Of a stretch of DNA of 64,000 nt, positions 1-12,799 are shown in pieces (the stretch's first letter is position 1; every line of letters starts with the position of its first letter). The DNA comes from Octopus bimaculoides (lineage: Eukaryota). Both the position numbers and the translations under genes were made by a program. The stretch is taken from positions 1,495,638-1,559,637 of the forward strand of contig NC_068982.1 in the NCBI RefSeq assembly GCF_001194135.2, in the 5' to 3' direction. The notes under the pieces are model-generated. The model saw only the letters and a program-made list of their open reading frames with translations. It was not told the DNA's origin and made no database searches.

Positions 1-312
1 GTTACTGTTGGCTACGGCTTCGTAGTTTCCGTCGCAACAATCCGTTTTACTCCTTGCAGCTTTTACACAGTTTACAGAACTTTGAGCTGCAGCCATGATG
101 TCGGCATTTCGACACGGGCCGCGAATCATCATGATATAGATAGCTCTTTTCCAGTATTCTGTTGGCTTCTTGTCCTTTATATCAGCTAACATGTTCTCAG
201 CTACAACTAGAATTTTATGCTCGGCAACGCCGTTGACCGTTCACCAATTAATCAAGCTGCACCGGATAGGTGACTTTGAAAAAATCATCAAAATTAATCC
301 GAACACCCAGTA
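1..312 (-). mobile_element. Left end of a Tc1/mariner-superfamily (maT/DD37D-like) DNA transposon, running off the window start
   Basis: Minus strand begins TA|CTGGGTGTTCGGATTAATTTTGATG (TIR-like end with TA target site at 311-312). An open frame from ATG at about 192 reads MLADIKDKKPTEYWKRAIYIMMIRGPCRNADIMAAAQSSVNCVKAARSKTDCCDGNYEAVAN, resembling the N-terminal HTH of these transposases. Family assignment is from memory. Confidence 0.6.
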
Positions 313-420
313 CAAGTGCGTGTGTATGTGTGTGAGTTTGTGTGTGTGTGAGTGTGTGTGTACGTGCGCGCGCGCGCGAGCGTGCGTGTGCCTGTGTGTG
401 TCTTTGTGTGCATGTGTATT
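313..420. repeat. (GT)n/(GC)n microsatellite
   Basis: Directly visible dinucleotide runs. Confidence 0.9.
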
Positions 421-1139
421 TTGTGTTTTTCAGAGCAAAGCAAATACTAATTTGATAACTCCTATCAGCGTGTAAATGAAAATTTATAATATTTCCTTTC
501 ACTTATGCCGCCATGATTTTGTTATTCTGACATCTTAGGATTGGGAAGGATTTTTGAGGAAAAATCTGTTTTGATGTTACATCGGAATATAGTCTCATAT
601 TTCTTTTGAAAAGACGTACTTGCTATCACTTGTGTAATATTATCATTATCCTAAGATGTCGCTATCCTGTCTTGATTGGTTATTTATCTTGCTTGAACTG
701 GGTCTAGTTTTCGACAAAACAAATTAATTTGATGCCGGGATTGAACGAAAATTTGAGTCTTCTTTCGAAATAGGAACACTTTGTTGCTTCTATATTTTAC
801 GTTGCAACTCTTGTATCCTATTTCTCCACATATGTTGCAGCAGATATGTTCTTTATTTATCTTGAAGTTACATGGGTTGATGATAATGGCGAAGGTTACG
901 TTTAGCAATTACTCAGCCCTGTCTGAGTAGATCCATAATCAAATGTATTTCGGTATTGATCAGTTAGTTTTAAGAAGTTCTGGGAAAATTCCTATACGCT
1001 CTGCATTTATTAGTTTGCAAAGTAAGAACTGTCGCATTTTTGACATGGCCACATTGCGATGACATTTGCAATACTTGTAAGACAAGCATTCACTTTTAAT
1101 TTCTAAAGATTTTACTTTCGCGATTGCCGTATATGCAAT

Positions 1140-1890
1140 TGGTTAAATTCATATCAATTTCATGCTGTATAAAAGCGAAAAAAGTTCTTCAGCAATAGAA
1201 GCAGCCAGAAACATTCGTGCCCTCTATAGAAAGGAAGCTTCCAGTGTTTGGACATACCAACGATGTTTTAGTAAGTTTCGCCTGGGAAAGTCTTTTCTCG
1301 TAAATTCCTTTCGATCTTTACGATTATGTTCTTCCAATATTTACCTGTTCCATGCAAATTGTGGACACGAACCTATCGATCATAAAACATCTTCACGAAT
1401 TAGGAAAAACATCTAAACTTGGTCAGTGTGTCCTCTATCATCTGATAGTTTCTCAATTTAATCAGGGTTGCCTTGTGTTTTGCACGGAAGAGTAGACTTG
1501 CTGCCGAATCTTTCCTGGGTACAATTAACTCGACTAATGCGATCTTATAATTATATCCAACGAAAACACCAACGGTTAATATCCAATAAAAATACAGAAT
1601 CCATTCCTTGTGTATTATGGGTTCTGAAGGGTGTTGTCTTTCGTGAAATGTTAAACCGAAACAATACAGCTGATGCAAAGAAGTATTGTCATTAACCGGA
1701 AGCTCTGTGCAAAGGGAAACAACCCATTATTTGTCAGTGTTTCTCTTACACTGTTATATAAGACCACACTGTTCGCAAGTCGCAGGAGGAAAAGGTTATG
1801 GCACTAAACATGGAAGTTTTGCTTATTCGCTAGAATCCCTGACCTTGCTGACCATCATCTTTGCAAATCATTGCAACAACATCTAGAGAG
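1140..1890 (+). mobile_element. Decayed mariner transposase relic
   Basis: Broken frames give AIEAARNIRALYRKEASSVWTYQRCFSKFRLG (HTH), WVLKGVVFREMLNRNNTADAKKYC, LLHCYIRPH (HDNARPH equivalent) and a degenerate YSPDLAPSDYHLF region near 1820-1880. Multiple stops and frameshifts. Confidence 0.75.
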
Positions 1891-3336
1891 AAAACGGCGT
1901 ATCTATTGCGAAAAAGTGTAAAACGATGTTGAGTGTTTCTTTGCTTCAGAACCTGCATAATTTTACACTTGAGGGGGGGTCAACGATTTGTCGAATAGAT
2001 GCTTATTATATTATCAATAATGGGGATACATATAATCTTGATAAAATACATCAAAGCAGTTTTTATTTCTCTCTCGTCTTGAAATGTGACAGGACTTTCT
2101 TTCGCTCTTAATATTTAAAACAATTGACGTTGATTTCTCGCTCGTGATATGACCACTTCGAGGTCACTACTTTGGTTCCTTCAGTATGATTATGCCTACA
2201 GCTGTTGTTCCTAATGTACAAATATATACAATTAAACAATACATAATGCATTGATACAGAAACCTGGTAGGCAAACAGTTACTTTCACAACATAAATAAC
2301 CAATTCTATCTAATGATTAAGCATAGTTGACATAACAAATGATGGATCTTTGATAATTGGTCTATATATAAATCTATAACCAATAATATATTTTACCTAA
2401 AGGCAGATTTTGTAGGTTTTTTCTCGTTTAAAGAATTGCTACGAAGTGAATATTTTCAATCTTTGCATCCTTTTGTACCCTTTCCCTGGGTTAAGTAACT
2501 ACAGTCATCCTGTAGGATTGCCATCAAATGGTTTATTTTTAATGGATTGGATTGCCAAAGTCTTTGTATTTGTAAACATGAAAGTCATTAGACATCTACA
2601 AGTCTCGTATGCAATGCTTCCACTTATAGATCGCATATCAGCCAATCTATGCACTGGGATACTGTTTTAATATAATGTGTGTATGAAACTTTGATGAGTG
2701 AAATAAAAATAGTAAAATATAGAAATGTTTAGAAAAGGAACATATTCTGTATTTATTCACAAATGATCTTCGATAGTAAGTGTATGACATTCTTGCGATT
2801 AACGGTTACTTAAAGGAGAACCTCAAACGGCGGCGTCGACATTTTTCTAAAGCAGAACGACATGTTCAAAAGATGTAAAATTTATAAGAAAAGCGGTAAA
2901 TAGATAACAAATTGTACGTAGTGCTTCTACATATCGCAGTCATGGCTAGTGTATAATATACGTCGACTGTGTAGAATGCTGGTCTTGTGATATGCTGCAC
3001 TGAAACGTTTATTGCAGATAATGAGAAATTCAAAACCAACTGATGAAACACACCCAAAACATTATGCTACCATATCGTAAATATAATTTTATGATTATAA
3101 GCAATCATCCATATATTATATTAGATCTCTTGATTTATGAGAAGAAGAATCTTAATTCATCCAAGAAGATAAGCTTGAAAGTAATATTTCTATTTTGTGT
3201 CGAGCTTTGTTTGACATTGTGTTTTCGTTAACTTGTGATTTTCTTCACAACCATTGATAGCTGCAAAGCCTTATTTTTAGGCGCAACCTTAATAAATATT
3301 CCAGATACTTACACACGATACGTAATCGGGCTTATA

Positions 3337-3922
3337 ACTATTTATAATGAAATTATATAACTATTTATATTATATAACTATTTATATTATATAACTATTT
3401 ATATTATATAACTATTTATATTATATAACTATTTATATTATATAACTGTTTATATTATATAACTGTTTATATTATATAACTATTTATATTATATAACTAT
3501 TTATATTATATAACTATTCATACTATATAACTATTTATATTATATAACTATTTGTATTATATAACTATTTGTATTATATAACTATTTGTATTATATTACT
3601 ATTTATATTATATAACTATTTATATTATATAACTATTTATATTATATAACTATTTATATTATATAACTATTTATATTATATAACTATTTATATTATATAA
3701 CTATTTATATTATATAACTATTTATATTATATAACTATTTATATTATATAACTATTTATATTATATGACTATTTATATTATATAACTATTTATATTATAT
3801 GACTATTTATATTATATGACTATTTATATTATATAACTATTTATATTATATGACTATTTATATTATATAACTATTTATATTATATAACTATTTATATTAT
3901 ATAACTATTTATATTATATAAC
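3337..3922. repeat. 17-bp minisatellite (TATTTATATTATATAAC)n, about 34 copies
   Basis: Direct reading; occasional single-base variants (GTTTAT, TTTGTA, ATATGAC). Confidence 0.95.
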
Positions 3923-3924
3923 TC

Positions 3925-4180
3925 GATTCAGTCATACTGGGAAACAATATGGAACAAACCAATGCGTTACACATTCAATACCCAATATAAGCAGTAACAC
4001 AACAAAAGAATCCACCACATCTCAAGGAAAACAAGTTAACGCATACAGTAACGGGAAGAGTTCGCACACTCCCAACTGCAGAAAAGACCACACAATGCGG
4101 CACACACACACCAGCAACCCGGAGGTGTAGCAGGTGACGCAGTAGAAATTTGCCTCAATCGACCAAATATTGAATAGTTA
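3925..4180 (+). mobile_element. Possible small R4/Dong LINE fragment
   Basis: SYWETIWNKP-like peptide resembles the FW..IW motif upstream of R4 RT. It is followed directly by (AAT)n. Confidence 0.3.
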
Positions 4181-4184
4181 TAAA

Positions 4185-4217
4185 ATAATAATATTAATAA
4201 TAATAATAATAATAATC

Positions 4218-4266
<49 letters not shown>

Positions 4267-4335
4267 TAATAATAATAATAATAATAATAAGAAGAAGAAA
4301 ACTCCAGGAGTTCCAGTAATACCTGAGTTAAAAGC

Positions 4336-4368
<33 letters not shown>

Positions 4369-4505
4369 AACAATAATAATAATAATAATAATAATAAGAA
4401 GAAGAAGAATAAGAAGAAGAAGAAGAAGAAGAAGATGAAGAAAACTCCAGGAGTTCCAATAACACATGAGTTAAAAAGAATAACAATAATAATAATAATA
4501 ATATC
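4185..4505. repeat. Compound (AAT)/(AAG)/(AAC) microsatellite with a duplicated ~36-bp unique unit
   Basis: AAAACTCCAGGAGTTCCAGTAATACCTGAGTTAAAA at about 4298-4333 and a variant at about 4441-4477. Confidence 0.9.
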
Positions 4506-5040
4506 CAATAAGGGGATTTTTTACGTTCCTTCGTCTGTCTGTATATTTGCTTCCCTGTTTCAGACGATGTCCTTCTTTCGTGGAGGCTAGATATATTCTG
4601 CTTATATCTTTCTCAATTTTTTACCATATCATTGTTGTTGATGTCGTTGTCGGTGTTCTTTGCTGGTTTTGTTAAATATTGGCATTATCAATTCTTATCA
4701 TTATGTCCGTCATTGGAGAAGAATTCTAACGAACCTTTTCCCTATTATTTATTGCAGTACTGCGTACAAGTAATCGAAGTTTATGTGAGGAAACTTCTAT
4801 ACATACACTGGATCACTCTTCCGTCGCAACTCACTGAATACGAAGAGAATATGGACGTTCATTGTGATAATATTAAAGAAACTTCCGATTTAGTGTCTAC
4901 CTCCTCATCTTATTATACATAAACCTTTTTCCCTGTACATTTATAGCAGAATATTTCTAAGTGCTGGACCATTTCACCTCGACTTCAATAAAACGATTGC
5001 CAATATATATATATATAATGTATATTATACATATCCACAC

Positions 5041-5071
<31 letters not shown>

Positions 5072-5173
5072 CATTTCTACATGCACGTATACACACTCTT
5101 ATAAACGTATATTATATATTTAGATGTATATACACGCATATAAATATGATAGAAGAGGAAAAACAGAACGTGT

Positions 5174-5197
5174 GAGAGAGAGAGGGGGGAGGGGAGA

Positions 5198-5264
<67 letters not shown>
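5174..5264. repeat. (GA)n microsatellite
   Basis: Direct reading. Confidence 0.95.
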
Positions 5265-5266
<2 letters not shown>

Positions 5267-6442
5267 AAAACTAAGATCTAAATAGACAGAGTATCATCAG
5301 TGTATTTCATTTTCAAATAGAAGGAAATGCATTAAGATACATACAAAAGAAAAAAGAAAATTCTCTCACGAAATTTCCATTTAGGGACGTAACAAAGCTT
5401 GTAAACAGCATTTATGTCTGTACGTTTTCTGCTGCTTTAAGGTTTTTTTTTTTTTACCTTACTTCTTCGTCTGTCTGTGTGTTTGCTTTCCTGTAGCTCG
5501 ATTTCTCATATATACATACTTATATAATATATACATGCATATATTTACACGCACACACACACAGATATATATATAAATATGTCTGTATATATAAATATAT
5601 ATATGTGCATATATATATATATACATACATATATATATATATATACATACATATATCTGTATGAATGTACACACATACACACTCATACACATTAAAATAA
5701 TGTGTTTGTTAACTACGTTTACAACCGTGTAGAGAAAGTATATTCTCATTTTTCTTTTATTGGAATATATCAGTCTTATTTATTTGGGATTCGAAGCTAA
5801 ATATATATACATAGCTACATTAGTGCTTTCTCGAAGAGGTCGGCATTGGCGTTGGTTGAAGAACCGTTTTGATTGGATACTATCACACTATTCACATGTA
5901 CGTATGTATGTACATATGTGCATGCGTGTGTGAGCGTGTTATATAAAGTTCATACTAATATCATTCCTGTGTAAGATAACATAAAAGAGTAGAATGCGTA
6001 TACAGTACCACTGGTGATGTCCTATTTCTCAATCTGGTTCTCTCTCTCTGTCCCTCTGTCTCCCTTTGCTTCTCCATCGACAACTACTGGAAAGCGAAAC
6101 TATCCGTTTGCATGTTTCCTACAGGTGTAGAAACGTTGTTTCACCTGTTTAATCTACGATCGATAGATTAAATGCAAAAAACTAGAGGTAATGTTATTTA
6201 TGGTCTTTGTGATTAGGGAAGATGTCTTTGGTAATAAATGCATGCACGTTCAAACTGGCAGTCCGTCGATTAAAGCGGCCGAGGGTTCTAGTTGATCCGC
6301 TCAAAGAAAGGAATAAATTAGAAGAAAAGGAAAAGAGAGGGTGATAACGGTGAAAACTACGGTTAAGGGGGAGACTACAGTGAAGAGGGGGGGGGGAGAG
6401 TAATGACTAGGGACATGAAATACAGTTGGAGAATTAACATCC

Positions 6443-6482
6443 ACGGTACCCAAGCAGTGGGCTGACGAGACAAACAAACAGT
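6443..6482 (+). ncRNA. Damaged type III hammerhead ribozyme motif (left palindrome arm)
   Basis: ACGGTA-CCCA(AGCAG)TGGG-CTGACGA-GACAAAC-AAACAGT. GUA triplet, 4-bp stem I hairpin, intact CUGACGA and 4/5-paired stem III are present. Stem II 3' strand and G12 are missing. Confidence 0.45.
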
Positions 6483-6976
6483 AATTGGCTAAACATTTCT
6501 TAAATACATTCATACTGGTGGTCATATGAATAAGTATAATCAGAAATCCCTAAATTAATTAAGTGATTACAATTTAATTGCTTTCTAATTATTATTATTG
6601 CTGCAGATGCAGGCTCAAGCTACAGTTAGCTCAATCATACTTAATATATATTATTATTATATTATTATTACTAACATTGTCGTAATATCAACGCATGCTT
6701 GGGTGCATACATGCATGGAAGTACAATTGTGGAAGTTCCCGTATGTTATGCACCCAAGCATGGGTTGATATAATGATAATGACAACAATAATAATAATAT
6801 AATAATAATATATATTAAGTATGATTGAGCAAACTGTAGCATGAGCCTGCATCTGCAACTATAATAATAATTACAAAGCAATTAAATTGTAATCACTTAA
6901 TTAATTTAGGGATTTCTACTTATACTTATTCATATGACCACCAGGATGAATGTATTTAAGAAATGTTTAGCCAATT

Positions 6977-7016
6977 ACTGTTTGTTTGTCTCGTCAGCCC
7001 ACTGCTTGGGTACCGT
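6977..7016 (-). ncRNA. Damaged type III hammerhead ribozyme motif (right palindrome arm)
   Basis: Identical reverse-complement copy of 6443-6482. Confidence 0.45.
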
Positions 7017-8042
7017 GGATGTTAATTCTCCAACGGTATTTCACTTCCCTAGTCATTACCCCACCCTTCACTGTAGTCTCCCCCTTAACCGTAGTTTTCA
7101 CCTTTACCACCCTCTCTTTTCATTTTCTACTAATTTATTCCTTTCTTTGCATGCACATTTCACACCCTTATTTTATAAAGCATTTGTGTGTTTCCTTCCC
7201 CCACCCCCACAACCGCCTCAATTCCCAATTTGTCCTCTCTAGGTTTTAATGATACTGCTGGCATTCTTCATTTCTTCGCATGATACTTGTTTACATGTTT
7301 GTTTGGTTGTTTTTATATACAATGTCCTAAGCGGTTTTCAGCCCACTTACAACATATACTGCTTTTCCATACTTTTATTCATTTATTTATACCTACCCGT
7401 ATAAAGGTCTTAACGGCTTGCCCTTTGTTTTTAAATTTAACTGACCACTTATATAAAACGCTGGACATTGGTCAATCTCATTACGGGCAATAAGTGTTTG
7501 GACTTTACAACATATCAGTAAGTAAATAACTGAAATTAACTGATAGGCAATCTATTATGATAAACTATTAATTAGTACTATAAACATAATTTTAAGAACT
7601 ATTATGATTACTTCAAAACATTATGGCACTCTCACTCCCACTTTGTCTAAACCTTTTGGCTTATCCCGTTATTGTAAAATCTTCATTTTACTTTTTTTAT
7701 TAGTTATTCCCGTGTTACCCCCATAGAAAAATTAACCCACCAATTACTATTTTAAGTTTAGTCATTTACCCAACGTCCCGAAGCGATACAAAAGCAAAAT
7801 GGAATGATTTAAATATATTCAGCCTTTCATCTTCCCCTCGAGGCTCTTCTTCTTTCTTTTTCTAGATTCGATGTCAACGAAATATGATGAATATTATTTT
7901 CAGAATTTTCAATGGCAATACCGTATGACAGTGGAAGCAGAAACAGCTGTTCGATGGGATACAGTCTATTTGTTTTTAATTAAAAAGTAATAATTGATGT
8001 TAGTCAATTGTTGTTGATCAATATTTCTCAATTTTATGCTTA

Positions 8043-8073
<31 letters not shown>

Positions 8074-8353
8074 ATCATAAATATATAGGGATTGACAGTA
8101 ACCTGCTTCTCCAACATACTGAGAATTCAGAAATAGCAGTCAAAGAACTACTGATTTCAAAACTACAAATTATTACTGAGCTACCCGGCAGAAATTGTTA
8201 ATTATTAATTTTATTACTAATTGATGATTCCCTGCCCTGCATATCTATATATATATNNNNNNNNNNNNNNNNNNNNNNNNNNNNNNNNNNNNNNNNNNNN
8301 NNNNNNNNNNNNNNNNNNNNNNNNNNNNNNNNNNNNNNNNNNNNNNNNNNNNN

Positions 8354-9236
8354 TATATAACATGCAATTTAATGCTGGAAAATTCCAGGCTCTACGCTGC
8401 CGGCACAGAAAGCTAAACGTCATGCAGACAGGATACACTGGCCCAGGAGGAATTGAAATCCATGAATCAAAATCAGTGCGTGCCCTGGGCATTGACATAA
8501 GCAATGGTGCATCATTTTAAGTGCATATCACTAATTTGGCAATAAAATGCAGACGGCTAGCTGGATGGATCCTCGGAACTTTCAAAACAAGAGAAAATGA
8601 GACATTAATGATCCTTTGTAGGACACTTGTCCTCAGCCGCTTGAATTACTGCTCCCAACTATGGTCACCACGCAATATAAAATTCACAGCCGAACTCGAT
8701 GCAATCCAACGAAGCTACAGTAAGAAAACCGTCTCAATGCAATGTATCAGCTACTGCGAAAGAAGGAAAAAATTAAAACGCTTCTCCCAAGAACGAAGGC
8801 GGGAGAGATATGCAGTGATAAACATCTGGAAAATCCTAGAAAGCCTTGTACCAAACTTTGGCATTGAAAGTTATTCAAACTGCAGAACGGGGCGCCATTG
8901 CATTGTGTTAAAGATCCCAGCATCGTTATCAAAATACAGGACCAGATACTGCAACATCTTGGGCTTCAAGGACCCACAGAATGCCTGAGAGACTGCATGG
9001 TGTGGATGTAAGTGTCTTTAAAACAAAACTGGAACCCTTCCTCTCAAGGGTTCCAGACGAGCCTACCTCACGGCAGGAAACACAGATGAGGGCACCGGCA
9101 CCAAACTCCCTCATTGACTAAATGCTATATGTCAGAGGAGGTTTCAAATAATGGAGTAACTCAGTCAATGGTGGTACCCCAGCATGATCCCAGCTTCGAG
9201 GCTGAAACATTTTAAAGAATTGAAGGAATTAAAAAA
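8354..9236 (+). mobile_element. CR1-group LINE, 3' part (RT C-terminus and 3' UTR), decayed
   Basis: NMQFNAGKFQAL...KSVRALGIDIS, HITNLAIKCRRLAGWILGTFKTRENETLMILCRTLVLSRLNYCSQLWSP, LDAIQRSY, ERRRERYAVINIWKILESLVPN are typical CR1/L2-group post-RT motifs. In-frame stop at 8518-8520. Confidence 0.9.
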
Positions 9237-9407
9237 CATTATATATATANNNNNNNNNNNNNNNNNNNNNNNNNNNNNNNNNNNNNNNNNNNNNNNNNNN
9301 NNNNNNNNNNNNNNNNNNNNNNNNNNNNNNNNNNNNNNNNNNNNNNNNNNNNNNNNNNNNNNNNNNNNNNNNNNNNNNNNNNNNNNNNNNNNNNNNNNNN
9401 NNNNNNN

Positions 9408-9462
<55 letters not shown>

Positions 9463-9464
9463 CG

Positions 9465-9610
9465 AGGGCTAAGTATCCTGACTGTTGCGATAGTAACGAA
9501 GCTAAAGCACGCTGAGTGAAGCGGCTTGACACAGATTGACCTTGTACACTGCTGTGCATGCGCAATAAGTTTTAAGTTCTACCTCGCTTCCGCTGTTTAT
9601 AGGAAGTGAA
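9465..9610 (+). mobile_element. Mariner-type 5' end / MITE remnant
   Basis: Starts TA|CGAGGG after a microsatellite. The following sequence resembles a recalled octopus mariner 5' UTR. No coding part. Confidence 0.35.
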
Positions 9611-9879
9611 AAACGTGCAGAGATACTATAATCATTTGAAAGCAGAACATATGAATGATGTCGCCAAGGAAACGAAGTTTTGGGGTAGTTCTACTACAGT
9701 CGTTGAACAGAGCTTCTTAGAGAATTATAGAGTGGGGACGAGATCGAAAACACGAAGGAAACACAAAGGTAGAGAAAAAATTATGATTAAATCTCGTGAA
9801 TAAGACGTAATGAATAGAAACTTATGTCTACTTGCGATGAAATTAAATTAAGCGAAACATTATTGGTTTCTGATTAAAT

Positions 9880-10140
9880 GCTGACACGATGTCCTTTAAC
9901 AGATACTAAAGAATAGTAAAGTGTTCGATAAATGAAAAGTTAATAGAGAAAGTTATGGCTTCATCCGAAGTAAGAATTGCCAAACATGAAACGCAATGAG
10001 GAGTCAGACAGAAACAACAAATTAGAGAGTAAGAAAGTTGAAGACAGGGGCGAAATAAAGAGAGATCGAAGAAAGAAGGGAGAGAATCATGGAGTGGAAG
10101 ATTAATAGCAGTTATGATAAACGAAACACAACGCTGGAAG
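9880..10140 (+). mobile_element. Possible heavily decayed RTE LINE 3' region
   Basis: Weak peptides (NEKLIEKVM; K..GR.SW) resemble RTE C-terminal motifs. Confidence 0.25.
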
Positions 10141-10564
10141 GAATTGAAACTGTGCGCTTCGATAATCATAAATACAAGGAATGCACATTAACGGTTCTGT
10201 TGCATCTAGTCTTGCAATTGTCATTATTCTCTAAACATTATCAAAAGGAAGCATTTAACCCTAAAACGAAGGCGAGCTTCGTGAGCATTGCAAAACTGAA
10301 GCGTGTGCAATACGTCATATACATACAGCTGGATGCATTTAGGAGACACTGATAAATGCGCAGTAAAAATGGATGTTTGTTTATTTTTTAATTGCGTTTA
10401 GAAACGAGAAGTGATTGAAGATCTTGTGTTCATGAAGTTGCATAAATCTCTTTCATACTTAATAGAGAGAATTGGTTTATTGAAATATATTGATTTCAAA
10501 TGTTGGCACAAGGCCAGCAATTATGAGAAGGAGGTAAGTCGATTACATCAAGCCCAGTGTTCTA

Positions 10565-10676
10565 ATGGTACCTATTTTATCTACTCCTCAGTGGTATTTG
10601 AACTCAGAACGTAAAGACGGACGAAATGCTGCTAAGCATTTTGCCCGAGGTGCTAACGATTCTGCCAGCTCGCCAT
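10565..10676 (-). mobile_element. tRNA-derived SINE fragment (5' part)
   Basis: TTTGAACTCAGAACGTAAAG...GCTAAGCATTTTGCCCGAGGTGCTAACGATTCTGCCAGCTCGCC. The same family recurs at 35368, 51915 and 58068. B-box-like GAGTTCAAAT on the minus strand. Confidence 0.75.
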
Positions 10677-12799
10677 TTTAGCTTATTGAAATATATTGAG
10701 ACGCATATATGGTTACAACTAATCTATATGAAATTAATGTCTATATGACCCACGTAAATATCTCCAAACTTGAATTAAGTTATATTTTGGATTCATGAAC
10801 TACATTTAATCAGTATGTTTATCACAGATTAATTTGAACGGGGAACATAAAAGCAAAACCCGCATAAATCTCATATTCAGAAGTGAATATCGAATGTATG
10901 TGGTGTATTATAATAAGAATGGTTGTGACATTGACGAGAATGGTCTTTTAAAAACGTCGCTGCTTGTTTATGAGGAGTATATTATTGAAAGGGCTATCAG
11001 AAACCACGATTTCATTGGAGAGATAGCCCGTGAACATCATAACCAAAGAAATTTGGTAACATCAGTATTGATTAATAACCGAACCCAATCATCCAGATAT
11101 ATTTAGAATTTTTGTCTTGCCGGTGCCAAAATTAAATATTGATTTTTAAGTAACTTGATTATTGATATCTGTATTATAAGATGAGATAGATACTGACAAA
11201 GAGATTATTAGAGTAAAGCCAGTAGTAAACTAATATTGTTTGCATTCAACTGAAACTCGTATAAACACTACTTAATAAAGACTGGGAAAATAGAATTAAT
11301 TTACTGATAGGTCCTGCGTTCTTCGAATCTATTGAACCCAAATGATAAGCTCGGAACATGGACATTCGGAGAAGTTTATATTCTAATCCACTATCGGGAA
11401 AACCAGTTTCTAGAAATATGCTAGATGTGTGAGGCGTATAGGTCCTTGTGATGTTAGACCGATTCAGTCGTGTTGACGACGTGCAGGAAATATAGAGTGT
11501 AAAAGGTGTCAAATAAATAATTCACGTGGTGAACGCAAAAGATCAAGAAAACAAACAGTAACGTATCTTTCTGTTCTCAATAGCTTCTGGCATATTCGAA
11601 GAGGAATGTCTGATTGTTGTTTTTCGTCATCGGAGAACAACTCCTGCCTTTATACAATGTGTGTTCATACTTCACGGGCTTCATGGCTTTCATCATGCAA
11701 TGCTACCTTACTGGACTTATGAATCGAATGAGCGTGCAGGTTCCTGTTTATAGGAATCACTAAATAAATTATTTGCTGATGTGTATTGACGCTTGTCAGA
11801 CAGAAAGTAATTCATGGGATGCACGCATAACAGCAGGACTTCAAGTAATAATGCATGTAATCACTTCCAAAATGTTCTCCCAGATTTCAACTTGAACATT
11901 TGATTGCTGTCGTTCTTTTTTTGTCTTTGGAATTAAAGAACATATCTTCCCTTTAAAAGATGTGTGTTCATAACACACGCGGTGTTTTGTAACTAATCAC
12001 AAACGCTGCACTGCAACAGTCATCGGGTCACTTTAAATAGATGCAACTATATTCAGAAGCAAAGTACTATCAAATGCTTTACTTTAGTATAAGAGAGTCT
12101 AAGTTAGCAATGCTGAACTGCTGTAACATGACGTGGACGGCATAAAAAATTGCAAGCAATTGTTATTAATTCCTTAAAGACCTAAAATCTACATACTCTT
12201 TGATACAATAAGAAGACTTTACTGCTATTTCACCGCATTTCTTTCTACTCGAGTATAAAATATTCAATTATTTTCTTCCACAACAACTCCGAAAGGCTTT
12301 CAATTACATTCCATTAGCGAACTAATACTTTCTAGGATTAATAAGTTTAGTCCGAGAAATACAACTATTTTGCTAATACTCCTGAAATCCCAATTTGAAG
12401 TACATTAGACTTGCACTTTCCAATAACTGGTCTAGATTTTAATCCTCAGCTGAAAAATTAGAAAACGCTTTCTATTCAATAAATCATAATTTATAACATG
12501 ACAAGGCAGGTGTAATGAAATATATAGTAAAAATAAAAACAAATAATAAACCATAGTAAACTAGTAAAGAAACATAGTAAAGGCGAATCGATAAATAAGA
12601 TTTCCAAAGCCCATCACAATTTCAATGATTTTGAAAGATTAAGAAATTTCGTCAGTCACAAATCTGATACTTTTTAACGGTATTTGTATGCGCAAGGTTT
12701 TGAAATACATCATCGGTTGTGGTGCCTTGCATTACATTATAAGCAGTCCAGCATGTTAATACATACATACCAAGAACTGGATCAACAAAACTAAACGAA

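Larger units (their letters stand above)
6302..7149. repeat. ~850-bp fold-back inverted repeat (arms about 410 bp, short central spacer)
   Basis: 6302-~6712 is the reverse complement of ~6740-7149. The mirrored ORFs 6301..6525(-) and 6934..7242(+) share MTTxMNVFKKCLANYCLFVSSAHCLGTVDVNSPTVFH. Arms differ by scattered substitutions and indels, roughly 90% identity by eye. Confidence 0.95.

Noticed and set aside
3337-3922. Regular repeat array considered as CRISPR-like
   Set aside because: No spacers, eukaryotic context, simple head-to-tail minisatellite.
10834-11106. 90-aa non-repetitive ORF
   Set aside because: TTG start and no recognisable motif. A faint mariner resemblance is insufficient.
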